From an uncultured candidate division Zixibacteria bacterium (lineage in GTDB: Bacteria; Zixibacteria; MSB-5A5; GN15; PGXB01): a DNA stretch of 64,000 bases. The DNA is taken from the NCBI GenBank assembly GCA_963702205.1, contig OY969724.1, positions 1,088,001 through 1,152,000 on the forward strand, given 5' to 3'. The position numbers and the translations under genes are program-made. Position 1 is the stretch's first letter. Each line of letters starts with the position of its first letter. The notes beneath the pieces were generated by a model. That model ran no database searches and was not told the DNA's origin. It was given only the letters and a program-made list of their open reading frames with translations. Shown piece after piece: positions 19,448 through 27,831 of the stretch.

Positions 19448-20344
19448 TTATGGCTCAGTGGCCGGTTTCGGCTTTTGCGATGACACCGCCGAAAGCAGCA
19501 GTGCCGCGAAAATAAACCCGCCGCCGACCGCGCGGAACCATACGAACGGCTCGCCGCCGACAGTCCAGGCAAACATCGCCGCGAAAACCGGCTCCAAAGC
19601 GAAAATCAGGGCCACCCGAAGCGGCGCAACTATTTTTTGAGCCAACATCTGTATCACAAAAGCCGACAGGGTCGGGAAAAGAGTCAGAAAAAGCACGACC
19701 ATCGCCGCCTCGCGGGACCTGACCGAATAATCCAGACCAAATGCCAGCGCGGATATAAGGCTCAAAATCCCGACCACCAGAAACTGCTGGCAACTGGTAA
19801 TGTACGGGTCGATACCGTCTTTCATGTATCTGTCAGAATATAAAAGATGCAGGGCATAGGTGACCGCGGCGATTAAAGTCAGGGCGTCGCCGAGATTTAT
19901 TTTCTTCATGCCGCCGGTCAGAATCCAGAGGCCGATCAAAGACACGATAGAGGCGATAACCTCGAGTTTGGATGGGCTGCGTTTGAAAATGAGCTTTAGA
20001 AATATCGGGACGAAAGCGACAAACAGGCCGGTGATGAACCCCGAGTTCGAAGCAGTCGTGAAGCCGAGACCGATAGTTTGAGGGATGTATAACAGCCAGA
20101 GAATAAATCCGAGAAAAAGTCCGGTCCGGATATCTGCCAAAATGCTGAGGCCTTTTATTTTTAGGAATACCAGCAGAATAAGCCCGGCCAGAAGAAAACG
20201 ATAGGCGACCAGCACGACTGGATCGATATCGTCGAGCGCGCCTTTAACCAGAAAAAATGTCGCGCCCCAGATGGCGGCGGCATAAAAAAGCCCCGCCTGA
20301 GCGAACAACAGCTTCAATTTCGATGGTTCCGTATTGGCCGGCAT
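19448..20344 (-). CDS. EamA/DMT transporter
   Basis: AAIWGATF, TTASNSGFITGL, ALIFALEPVFA. Confidence 0.92.
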   Translation of the reverse strand: MPANTEPSKLKLLFAQAGLFYAAAIWGATFFLVKGALDDIDPVVLVAYRFLLAGLILLVFLKIKGLSILADIRTGLFLGFILWLLYIPQTIGLGFTTASNSGFITGLFVAFVPIFLKLIFKRSPSKLEVIASIVSLIGLWILTGGMKKINLGDALTLIAAVTYALHLLYSDRYMKDGIDPYITSCQQFLVVGILSLISALAFGLDYSVRSREAAMVVLFLTLFPTLSAFVIQMLAQKIVAPLRVALIFALEPVFAAMFAWTVGGEPFVWFRAVGGGFIFAALLLSAVSSQKPKPATEP

Positions 20345-20480
20345 GGCCGCAGAAAAAACCAAATAGAAGTCTTTGTCAACAGAATTTAGCGATAATATTT
20401 TTTCGACTTTTGATCCGGATAAATAATAAAAGGCCGTCCGCTGTCACGGACGGCCTTCCCACCCCCCTTAATCATGAGTA

Positions 20481-20822
20481 TCAAGTATCGTGATACCCGG
20501 GCGGATTATCATCGGGGTCGTCACTGCGGTTCATAAAATCATCGAAAATCCGGCTGTTGCGCTTGCCCTGGAGACGAGCCTTGGCGCGGACTTCCTCAAT
20601 CGTTTCATTGGGCCTCAGCGGCAGCCCGCAAAGCTCCTGAAGGGCCATAACTCGTTCGCGTGCAGAGTCTTGCAACTTCTGGCCGATTATGTTCAGTTCC
20701 AGCCGGAAGAGATCCTCGGACGAACCCGGCAGGAATATGTACCAAATATCGCGACTGAGGCCGCCGAGCATGCCCATAATATTCGGGAAAGCCTTCATAG
20801 CGTTTTCATATTTTCCAGACAA
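20481..20822 (-). CDS. Hypothetical protein
   Basis: 113 aa ORF followed by a hairpin at 20430-20457. Confidence 0.5.
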   Translation of the reverse strand: MSGKYENAMKAFPNIMGMLGGLSRDIWYIFLPGSSEDLFRLELNIIGQKLQDSARERVMALQELCGLPLRPNETIEEVRAKARLQGKRNSRIFDDFMNRSDDPDDNPPGYHDT

Positions 20823-20913
20823 CTTTCATCACCGCCTTTTGACGATATAATGGATCAACATTATCCTTTATCGACTAAACAACCATATTATTGAATCGGT
20901 TCCGGGCTTTCCC

Positions 20914-21065
20914 GGACTTGTTGAAATGAGGTGCGTTTATGTTCCGTCAGGTGCTGATCCCGACGAAGTCGGGATTGACACCCCTTTTCTTACAATGCGG
21001 TCAGGTCACACGTCCCGACAATTCGGGACGCAGGACCTGACCGAACGAGCTTTTTCAACAAGCCC
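20914..21065. mobile_element. MITE-like element with internal palindromes
   Basis: GGACTTGTTGAAA..TTTTTCAACAAGCCC terminal IRs; similar to 46652-46801. Confidence 0.65.
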
Positions 21066-21172
21066 TTTTGCCCGGCCCGTTTGGCGCCAATATGGATTTC
21101 TATGTATAAGTTGACTTACTGCGCCATTTTGCTATTTTAGAGGCAGTTAATTACCGACATGCGAGGACCAAA

Positions 21173-22375
21173 TTGGATAAGCTCATATATCTCGACAACG
21201 CCGCCACGTCGTGGCCCAAGCCCGAAAGCGTCTATGCCTATATGCTGGAATTTTACCGCTCGTGCGGGGTTAACCCGGGGCGCAGCGGTTTTGATAAAGC
21301 TATCGAGGCGGGCAATATTCTTGAGGATTTGCGCGCCCGCCTGACCCGCTTTTTCGGCGGCGATCAGGTCACCCCCGAACGGCTTTGTTTTTCGTACAAC
21401 GCCACCGACGCCCTCAACCTGATAATACAGGGGCTGCTCGGACCGGGCGATCATGTCGTTACCACCAACCTCGAACACAATTCGGTGATACGGCCGATCA
21501 ATCATCTCGTGCGCGACAATAACGTCGAGGCCACCTATGTGCCGTTTAGCGACAAGGGCTTTGTCGAGCCCGACGAGATTAGAAAGGCGATCAAAGCCAA
21601 CACGAAACTTGTCATAGTCAACCACGGATCAAACGTCATTGGGACGGTTCAGCCTGTGTCTGAAATCGGGGCCATCTGCCGCGAACGCGACGTGCTGTTC
21701 GCGATCGACGCCTCCCAGACCGCCGGGGTGATTCCGATCGACATGCAGAGCATGAATATCGACGTGCTGGCGTTCACGGGTCACAAGTCTCTCATGGGCA
21801 GCACCGGTATCGGCGGGCTGTGTGTCCGCCAGCATGTCAATATCAGGCACACCCGGGCCGGTGGCACCGGGGTTCGCTCGGCCAATCCGCATCATCTCGA
21901 TGAGTACCCTTTCCGCATGGAGTACGGTACCCCCAACATGGTCGGCATCGCTTCGCTCTGGGCCGCCCAGGACTGGATCGGACAGCAGGGCGGGGTCGAG
22001 AAAATCCACGCCGCGGAACTTCGGCTGGCCCAAAAGCTGGTGGACGGATTCAAACAGATCGACGGCGTCATCGTGTATTGTTGCGACAGCATGGATCACC
22101 ACCTTTCGACCGTCACGGTTAACGTCGAGGGAATCGAGGCCGGGGACGTCGGGATCATGCTCGACGTCGACCATAACATCGCTACCCGCACCGGTCTGCA
22201 CTGTGCCCCACTGGTGCACCGTCAGATCGGCACGCTTTCCATTCACGGCGGGGTGCGTTTCGCGATTGGCCCGTTCAATACCGAGGATCACATCGACGCC
22301 GCTATTGCCGCCATGACCGACATCGCCGAACGCGCGATCGAGATGAAAAAGTCCCGGATGGCCTCAGCCAAATAG
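21173..22375 (+). CDS. Cysteine desulfurase family (class V aminotransferase)
   Basis: IYLDNAATSWPKP, LEHNS, DASQTAG, FTGHKSL (PLP Lys), RTGLHCAP. Confidence 0.93.
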   Translation: MDKLIYLDNAATSWPKPESVYAYMLEFYRSCGVNPGRSGFDKAIEAGNILEDLRARLTRFFGGDQVTPERLCFSYNATDALNLIIQGLLGPGDHVVTTNLEHNSVIRPINHLVRDNNVEATYVPFSDKGFVEPDEIRKAIKANTKLVIVNHGSNVIGTVQPVSEIGAICRERDVLFAIDASQTAGVIPIDMQSMNIDVLAFTGHKSLMGSTGIGGLCVRQHVNIRHTRAGGTGVRSANPHHLDEYPFRMEYGTPNMVGIASLWAAQDWIGQQGGVEKIHAAELRLAQKLVDGFKQIDGVIVYCCDSMDHHLSTVTVNVEGIEAGDVGIMLDVDHNIATRTGLHCAPLVHRQIGTLSIHGGVRFAIGPFNTEDHIDAAIAAMTDIAERAIEMKKSRMASAK

Positions 22376-22424
22376 TCGATCGTGCCGGGACATATCGCGA
22401 ACTCATATACGAAAGGTCTTTCTT

Positions 22425-23357
22425 ATGGATCAGCCTGATCCTCTTTCGACGGTACCGACCAAAGAACCGCTTATCAAATGGGGCTGGGTGCGTGCCCTGA
22501 TTTTTCTTCCGGTTCATTATATCGGGGTCAGTCTGGTCGCTTTGATCGTCCTGCTTTTGATCGGGTTCGATTTCAGTCAATACAAAGACTACGACCAGTT
22601 CATAAATCAGCCGAACATGATATATCTTAATGTGGCCATGCTGCTATGGACGATTCTTATCGCATTCGCGTTCAGAAAGGTAATCGATAACCGTTCGTTC
22701 GTTTCGCTCGGATTTGAATTTTCCCGCAAATGGCTAAAAGACTTTGTGGCGGGGCTTTTGATCGGGGCAGTTCTTATGACGGCGCTGTTTTTACTCGCAC
22801 TGGCGGTTGGAGCCGTAACCGTCACCGGCTGGCATTTCCCGGTCGGGACATTGCTCGTGCTGGGGATCAATCTCCTATGTGCCGGGGCGATTGAAGAAAT
22901 CTCGCTTAGGGGATATTTTCTCAATAACATGATGGGTTCGATGAACAAGTACCTGGCGCTGGTGTTCACGTCGGTTATTTTCTCGGTGGCCCACGGCCTT
23001 AATCCCAATTTCGGTTGGATCAGCCTGCTGAATATTATACTGGCCGGACTCCTCCTGGGTATTTATTATATACACAGGCAAAGCCTGTGGTTTCCAATCG
23101 GACTGCATTTTGCATGGAATTTCTTTCAGGGGGCGGTGTTCGGGTCTCCGGTCAGCGGTGTAAAAATGGGAAGCATCTTTCTGACAGAATATACCGGCAG
23201 CGACTATCTGACCGGCGGGAAATTCGGTTTCGAGGCCTCGCTGGCGGCGTCGATATTCACCATCGGAGCGATATTGATAATACACTTTAATTATCATAAC
23301 AAAAAGCAACCAGAGCAGGCCGCGCCTTCAGTTGAATCCACCGACTATGCTTCGTGA
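22425..23357 (+). CDS. CPBP (CAAX/Abi) intramembrane metalloprotease
   Basis: EEISLRG, FSVAH, HFAWNF motifs. Confidence 0.92.
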   Translation: MDQPDPLSTVPTKEPLIKWGWVRALIFLPVHYIGVSLVALIVLLLIGFDFSQYKDYDQFINQPNMIYLNVAMLLWTILIAFAFRKVIDNRSFVSLGFEFSRKWLKDFVAGLLIGAVLMTALFLLALAVGAVTVTGWHFPVGTLLVLGINLLCAGAIEEISLRGYFLNNMMGSMNKYLALVFTSVIFSVAHGLNPNFGWISLLNIILAGLLLGIYYIHRQSLWFPIGLHFAWNFFQGAVFGSPVSGVKMGSIFLTEYTGSDYLTGGKFGFEASLAASIFTIGAILIIHFNYHNKKQPEQAAPSVESTDYAS

Positions 23358-23444
23358 ACAAAAAGTAGGTCGGGTTCCGAGAGGTTTTGTAACCCACCCA
23401 ACGGGTGGGTAGTTACTTATGCGCAGAGATGCAAGCGAACCAAA

Positions 23445-23601
23445 AAGTAGGTTGGGTTCCGAGTCCCGCCTTGCGGGACGAGAAACCCGACAAAAGTCAC
23501 AGCGGCGTCGTGGACCTTTGATAGTTCTGACAGGTCCTGCGTCACGATTTATCGGGACGTGTGACCTGTCAAACTTGTAATCGTCGTTGGCAATATTCCT
23601 T
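23445..23601 (+). repeat. About 157-bp direct repeat, copy 1 (copy 2 at 25798-25953), made of GTAG-type and family A palindromes
   Basis: AAGTAG..GAAACCCGACAAAAGTCACAGC..GGACCTTTGATAGTTCTGACAGGTCC..GGCAATATTCCTT is present twice. Confidence 0.9.
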
Positions 23602-23657
23602 TATATGTTCTTGTCTGCTGCTTAAATTCCATTATATTGTATTCAAGAGGCATTTAA

Positions 23658-25214
23658 GTGCTTAAGGTGTTTTTAATATTCGCAATCCTGATTTTTTTAA
23701 TCGGTAATTCATTATTCGCGGATACTCCTGAAATCATCGGAGTTATTCATACGGATACATCGGAGACTCTTTTCGGTTATCGTATAATCCCACTCGGCGA
23801 CCAAAACGGCGATGGCTATGATGATTTTATGACATGGGATTACAGGAATCATGCTTTTGTTTATTATGGGGGAGATACTACCAATAGTACTCCCAATTTG
23901 ATTATTGAAAGTGTCTCTACACGGATGGATAATATCGGCGATCTCAATGGAGATGGTTTCGATGATGTTGTAATATCTGATCGTACGACATCCTATCATA
24001 AACTAAGCTTATTTTATGGCGGACCATCAATGGATGGAACCCGGTATGCTCGTTTTGGTTGGGACAGCCTTTTTCCTATTGGATTTTCCGGCTGTTGTGT
24101 TGATTTTGATGGTGACGGTATAGGAGAGCTTATTTCCGAATCCAATACTCAATCATCAGTCTTAACATTTAATACAAATGCACTAAGCGATTCAATCCCT
24201 AATGTTATAATTAGACCCGATATTGAACCCTATGACGGTTATTATTTCGGAGAGGGGTTGGCAGTAGGCGACTTTAATGATGACGGAAAAAAGGATTTGG
24301 TTGTTAATTTGCGCCGCCGCCGAGTTCAGGAAATAAATGGATCGCTGCAATTATATTGGGGCGGCGATTCTAAACAGACGCCTGATTTAGTAATTACAAG
24401 GCCGGGCGAATATGAATTGGGGTTTGAAGAATTTGGAAGGGTGCTTGAAAATATAGGCGATGTCAACGGCGACGGAATTGATGATATATTTGCGGGGACC
24501 GGAGCTGGCCTTGATACAGCCGGTTTAATTTATTTTACTGGTCCCGAAATGGATGATATTCCTGATGTAATAATCACTGATCCATCAACAAAAGTACGGT
24601 TCGCAGGTGATATTAACAAAGACGGTTATGATGATTTAATTATCGGATTCCCGGTATCCTTTTCGGCTTTAGGTTACGTATTCTTATATTATGGCGGTCC
24701 AGATATGGATTCAATTCCTGATATCGAAATACAAAATTCCGACTTTTCCGGATCGCAGACATACTTTGGACAGGATGTATCTGGTATTGGTGATTTTAAT
24801 AATGACGGTGTCGATGATTTCGCTTTTTCGGCGATAGAGTATACGCTTGAATACTGGAATCGGGGCGTGGTGTATGTAATGTCCGGTATAGGCGGTTCAT
24901 CCGATGTCGAGACCGAACCGAATTCTCTGGTCCCAGATAAATTCGAGCTATATCAGAATTATCCCAATCCATTTAATTTGAATACGACCATCTCATTTGA
25001 TATTCCATATCGCAGCCATGTTGTTATAACGATTCATAACATACTCGGTCAGGAGGTTGCGCGTTTAATCGACAAGGAACTGGCGGTCGGGTCTTATCAT
25101 GTAGAATGGGATGGACGGGATTATTCAGGGTCACCGGTGTCATCTGGCGTTTATCTTTATCGCCTCACCGCCGGTGACGTGGTTTATTCCAAAAAGATGA
25201 TATTATTGAAATAG
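23658..25214 (+). CDS. Secreted FG-GAP/integrin-alpha repeat protein with T9SS/FlgD-like CTD
   Basis: Repeated GDxNGDGxDD; tail LYQNYPNPFN..KKMILLK; visibly AT-richer than neighbours. Confidence 0.9.
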   Translation: MLKVFLIFAILIFLIGNSLFADTPEIIGVIHTDTSETLFGYRIIPLGDQNGDGYDDFMTWDYRNHAFVYYGGDTTNSTPNLIIESVSTRMDNIGDLNGDGFDDVVISDRTTSYHKLSLFYGGPSMDGTRYARFGWDSLFPIGFSGCCVDFDGDGIGELISESNTQSSVLTFNTNALSDSIPNVIIRPDIEPYDGYYFGEGLAVGDFNDDGKKDLVVNLRRRRVQEINGSLQLYWGGDSKQTPDLVITRPGEYELGFEEFGRVLENIGDVNGDGIDDIFAGTGAGLDTAGLIYFTGPEMDDIPDVIITDPSTKVRFAGDINKDGYDDLIIGFPVSFSALGYVFLYYGGPDMDSIPDIEIQNSDFSGSQTYFGQDVSGIGDFNNDGVDDFAFSAIEYTLEYWNRGVVYVMSGIGGSSDVETEPNSLVPDKFELYQNYPNPFNLNTTISFDIPYRSHVVITIHNILGQEVARLIDKELAVGSYHVEWDGRDYSGSPVSSGVYLYRLTAGDVVYSKKMILLK

Positions 25215-25274
25215 CCAGTAAGCCAGTCAGTTCCTTAAGATATACAATGCACCAATAATGTCATGTATCAATAA

Positions 25275-25627
25275 TGTCATTCCCGCGCAGGCGGGAATCC
25301 AGGATTTTCTTGAAATCCAATTACGTTTACATAATGGCCAGCAAAAAGAATGGCACTTTATATATTGGTGTTACCAATGATCTTTTAAGACGGGTTTATG
25401 ATCATAAGAACAAAAACGTCGAGGGATTTACTTCAAAGTACGATGTAAAAAAACTCGTCTATTACGAACAAACACCGGATGTAGAATCGGCCATACAGCG
25501 TGAAAAGCAGCTTAAGAAATGGAACCGCAAATGGAAAATACGGCTGATTGAAGAGCAAAATCCAAATTGGGATGATTTATACGAAGACATAATATAAGAC
25601 TGGATTCCCGCCTGCGCGGGAATGACA
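25275..25627 (+). mobile_element. GIY-YIG gene bracketed by perfect 28-bp inverted repeats, copy 1
   Basis: TGTCATTCCCGCGCAGGCGGGAATCCAG at 25275-25302 and its exact reverse complement at 25600-25627. Confidence 0.75.
25310..25597 (+). CDS. GIY-YIG nuclease
   Basis: YVYIMASKKNGTLYIGVT..LVYYE..AIQREKQLKKW; TTG start after AGGA. Confidence 0.92.
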   Translation: MKSNYVYIMASKKNGTLYIGVTNDLLRRVYDHKNKNVEGFTSKYDVKKLVYYEQTPDVESAIQREKQLKKWNRKWKIRLIEEQNPNWDDLYEDII

Positions 25628-25737
25628 ATGAAAGGGACGGGAATGACGTTGAAAGGGGCGAAATGACATTGAAAGGGACAGGAATGACATTGAAAGAGCC
25701 GGAATGAAAGGGCGGGAATGACAATGAAAGGGGGCGG
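25618..25737 (+). repeat. Degenerate tandem array of about six 14-22 nt units, GGAATGACAWTGAAAGGGRC
   Basis: Units begin with the terminal GG(G)AATGAC of the right IR. Confidence 0.85.
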
Positions 25738-25797
25738 TAGTGAATTAGAGAAAAGAAAGAAGAGGCAGGGATGGCACATAAGGAGAAAGACAGTTAG

Positions 25798-25953
25798 AAG
25801 TAGATCGGGTTCCGATTCCCGTTTTGCGGGGGAGAAACCCGACAAAAGTCACAGCAGCGTCATGGACCTTTGATAGTTCTGACAGGTCCTGCGTCACGAT
25901 TTATCGGGACGTGTGACCTGTCAGTCTTGTAACCGTCATTGGCAATATTCCTT
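25798..25953 (+). repeat. Direct repeat, copy 2 of 23445-23601
   Basis: Near-identical sequence by eye. Confidence 0.9.
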
Positions 25954-26084
25954 CACGGCGGCGTCAGGAATCACTTCCTGACGCTCCTGGCCTGCATAAG
26001 TGCTTTCGGGAAAGGGTCCCCAAAGGCGCACAAGATGTTCGATTCTATTAGGCTTAACCCAACATAGAAATATGGAAATTTTTA

Positions 26085-26113
26085 TTGACATTTAGTTGCC
26101 GAATTAATAAAAT
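26085..26113 (+). promoter_or_regulatory. Sigma70 promoter
   Basis: TTGACA-N17-TAAAAT. Confidence 0.7.
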
Positions 26114-26248
26114 AAATTTGAAATAATGAGAATTTGGCATTATGGCTGAAGAGGGTGCGAGTGTTATTGCCAAGTTCATGCAAAATCTTTTTGCTGACTC
26201 GTTGCTCTAATTGGGCTTTTCGCGAGATTATTATTTAAGGTTCTAAAC

Positions 26249-26839
26249 GTGATCTGGAATATACTATTTTGGATTGTCATCGGAAGTGTGGCACTAGTAA
26301 TCCTTTGGCGATTAGTTCTATTTATTGTATTTGTAGTTGAAGGATATAAAATTCATGGATGGGGTGGCGCATTTTTAATGGCACTAATGACATTTCTTTC
26401 ATACATTTGGGATTTTGCGAAATATGCAATAGCAATCTTGATCCTATTGTTTTTATTCAGACTGTGTAATAATAAAAAAGATCAAGAATCGCTCTCATCT
26501 CCAAGCACAGAGGAAATGGTGCATTTTGCCAATGCCATTCATTATTTCCAAGAATCAGATAGACTCGCGACCGAAGGTTTGGAGGATGACACCACAAGAC
26601 AAATGTATTCTAAATTAGTCGACTTAGCACTTTACGAGGCCGACTTGGTATCCGATTCTATACTGGAAGTTTATCATCCCCAGTTACCTTACCATTTTGG
26701 ATCAGAATTCGTTCCTGCCGTTAAAGCAGGACAATATGGCTTGCTAAATAAAAATGTTGATAGTGTCAAGAAAGCAAAACATCTGTTTGACAATTGGGGT
26801 GATTGGCTTTACCAAAATGCTGATAATTTTAAAAGGTAA
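26249..26839 (+). CDS. Hypothetical AT-rich membrane protein
   Basis: 196 aa; N-terminal TM helices followed by a soluble domain. Confidence 0.7.
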   Translation: MIWNILFWIVIGSVALVILWRLVLFIVFVVEGYKIHGWGGAFLMALMTFLSYIWDFAKYAIAILILLFLFRLCNNKKDQESLSSPSTEEMVHFANAIHYFQESDRLATEGLEDDTTRQMYSKLVDLALYEADLVSDSILEVYHPQLPYHFGSEFVPAVKAGQYGLLNKNVDSVKKAKHLFDNWGDWLYQNADNFKR

Positions 26840-26871
26840 CGAGAAACGCCCCAAAATATATATTCGTTTAT

Positions 26872-26954
26872 TCACCTGTATCGTCGGGGTCTCTGTTTAT
26901 CGTCTAACTGCTGGTGATGTGATATATTCCAAAAAGATGATACTGCTGAAATAG
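26872..26954 (+). pseudogene. Orphan 3' remnant of a CTD-bearing gene
   Basis: SPVSSG/V.VYRLTAGDVIYSKKMILLK* aligns to 25131-25214 with a 1-nt deletion. Confidence 0.85.
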
Positions 26955-26998
26955 TTAATAAACCAAACAGTTCCTTAATGCATACATCGTACCAATAA

Positions 26999-27351
26999 TG
27001 TCATTCCCGCGCAGGCGGGAATCCAGGATTCTCTTGAAATCATATTATGTTTACATAATGGCCAGTAAAAAGAATGGTACTCTATATATTGGTGTTGCCA
27101 ATGATCTTTTAAGACGGGTTTATGAACATAAATCCGGATATGTCGACGGGTTCACTTCAAAGTACAAAATCAATAAACTCGTTTATTTTGAACAAACGAC
27201 AGACATTCAATCGGCCATACAGCGTGAGAAGCAGCTTAAGAAATGGAACCGTAGATGGAAGATACGGCTGATTGAAGAGCAAAATCCCGAGTGGGAGGAT
27301 TTGTACGAGGACATTATATAAGACTGGATTCCCGCCTACGCGGGAATGACA
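26999..27351 (+). mobile_element. GIY-YIG gene bracketed by 28-bp inverted repeats, copy 2
   Basis: IRs at 26999-27026 and 27324-27351 (one mismatch). Confidence 0.75.
27034..27321 (+). CDS. GIY-YIG nuclease, paralog of 25310..25597
   Basis: 17 of 95 residues differ by manual alignment. Confidence 0.92.
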   Translation: MKSYYVYIMASKKNGTLYIGVANDLLRRVYEHKSGYVDGFTSKYKINKLVYFEQTTDIQSAIQREKQLKKWNRRWKIRLIEEQNPEWEDLYEDII

Positions 27352-27460
27352 AAGAGGGGCCGGGAATGACATTAAAAGAGGCGGTAATGAAAAAGAACGG
27401 GATGGGAATGACTTTGAAGGGGACGGGGATGACATTGAAATGGCGAGAAACATGACAACA
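27342..27460 (+). repeat. Degenerate tandem array of GG(G)AATGAC-initiated units of about 20 nt
   Basis: Same architecture as 25618-25737. Confidence 0.75.
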
Positions 27461-27771
27461 GGCCATAGCGGCGTCAGGAACCCTTTCCTGACGCTCCTGG
27501 TTTGAATGAAAACTGCCGGGAAAGGGTTCCCGACGGCGCATCCCGGCAGCGCACAATAAATCAACTGATTTTATCCATTTTAATTCACTTTCCGCTTGAC
27601 CTTTGTACTAAAAACATTTTAATTGTAGCTTTCAAAAGCATATAAGCCCAAAAATATGAGAATATGTCAATAACAGCCATGGGTCTGCGCGCGCCTGAAA
27701 AAAGGAGGACAGGTGTTTCTGCCTGATGCCTCCGGGAGGGCGGAAGTATTCCCGGCGGGCTATAATTATTT

Positions 27772-27805
27772 GGCCACCCGAATCGTCTCGGGTGGTCTTT
27801 TTTTT
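27772..27805 (+). terminator. Terminator/attenuator in the 5' leader of the AsnRS-like gene
   Basis: GGCCACCCGA-ATCGTC-TCGGGTGGTC plus T8, about 26 nt upstream of the ATG. Confidence 0.8.
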
Positions 27806-27831
27806 GCCATTTTTTTAAAGGAGGTCCCAAC

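Noticed and set aside
25274..25309. N-terminal MSFPRRRES extension of the GIY-YIG ORFs (also at 26998)
   Set aside because: It is a translation of the palindrome. TTG at 25310/27034 after AGGA is the likelier start.
25618..25737. CRISPR array
   Set aside because: Units are only about 20 nt in total, the 'spacers' resemble each other, and there are no cas genes in the window.
25131..26954. DGR template/variable repeat pair (CTD tail duplicate)
   Set aside because: Differences are not restricted to adenines, and there is no reverse transcriptase in the window.
23360..27560. Classical integron with attC sites
   Set aside because: No tyrosine integrase, and I could not identify RYYYAAC..GTTRRRY-bounded attC sites.
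27690..27800. T-box or glnA (glutamine) riboswitch
   Set aside because: It lacks GGTGGNACCGCG before the terminator. GGAAGTA is present, but the CGTT/AACG P1 stem and GAAG strand are not.
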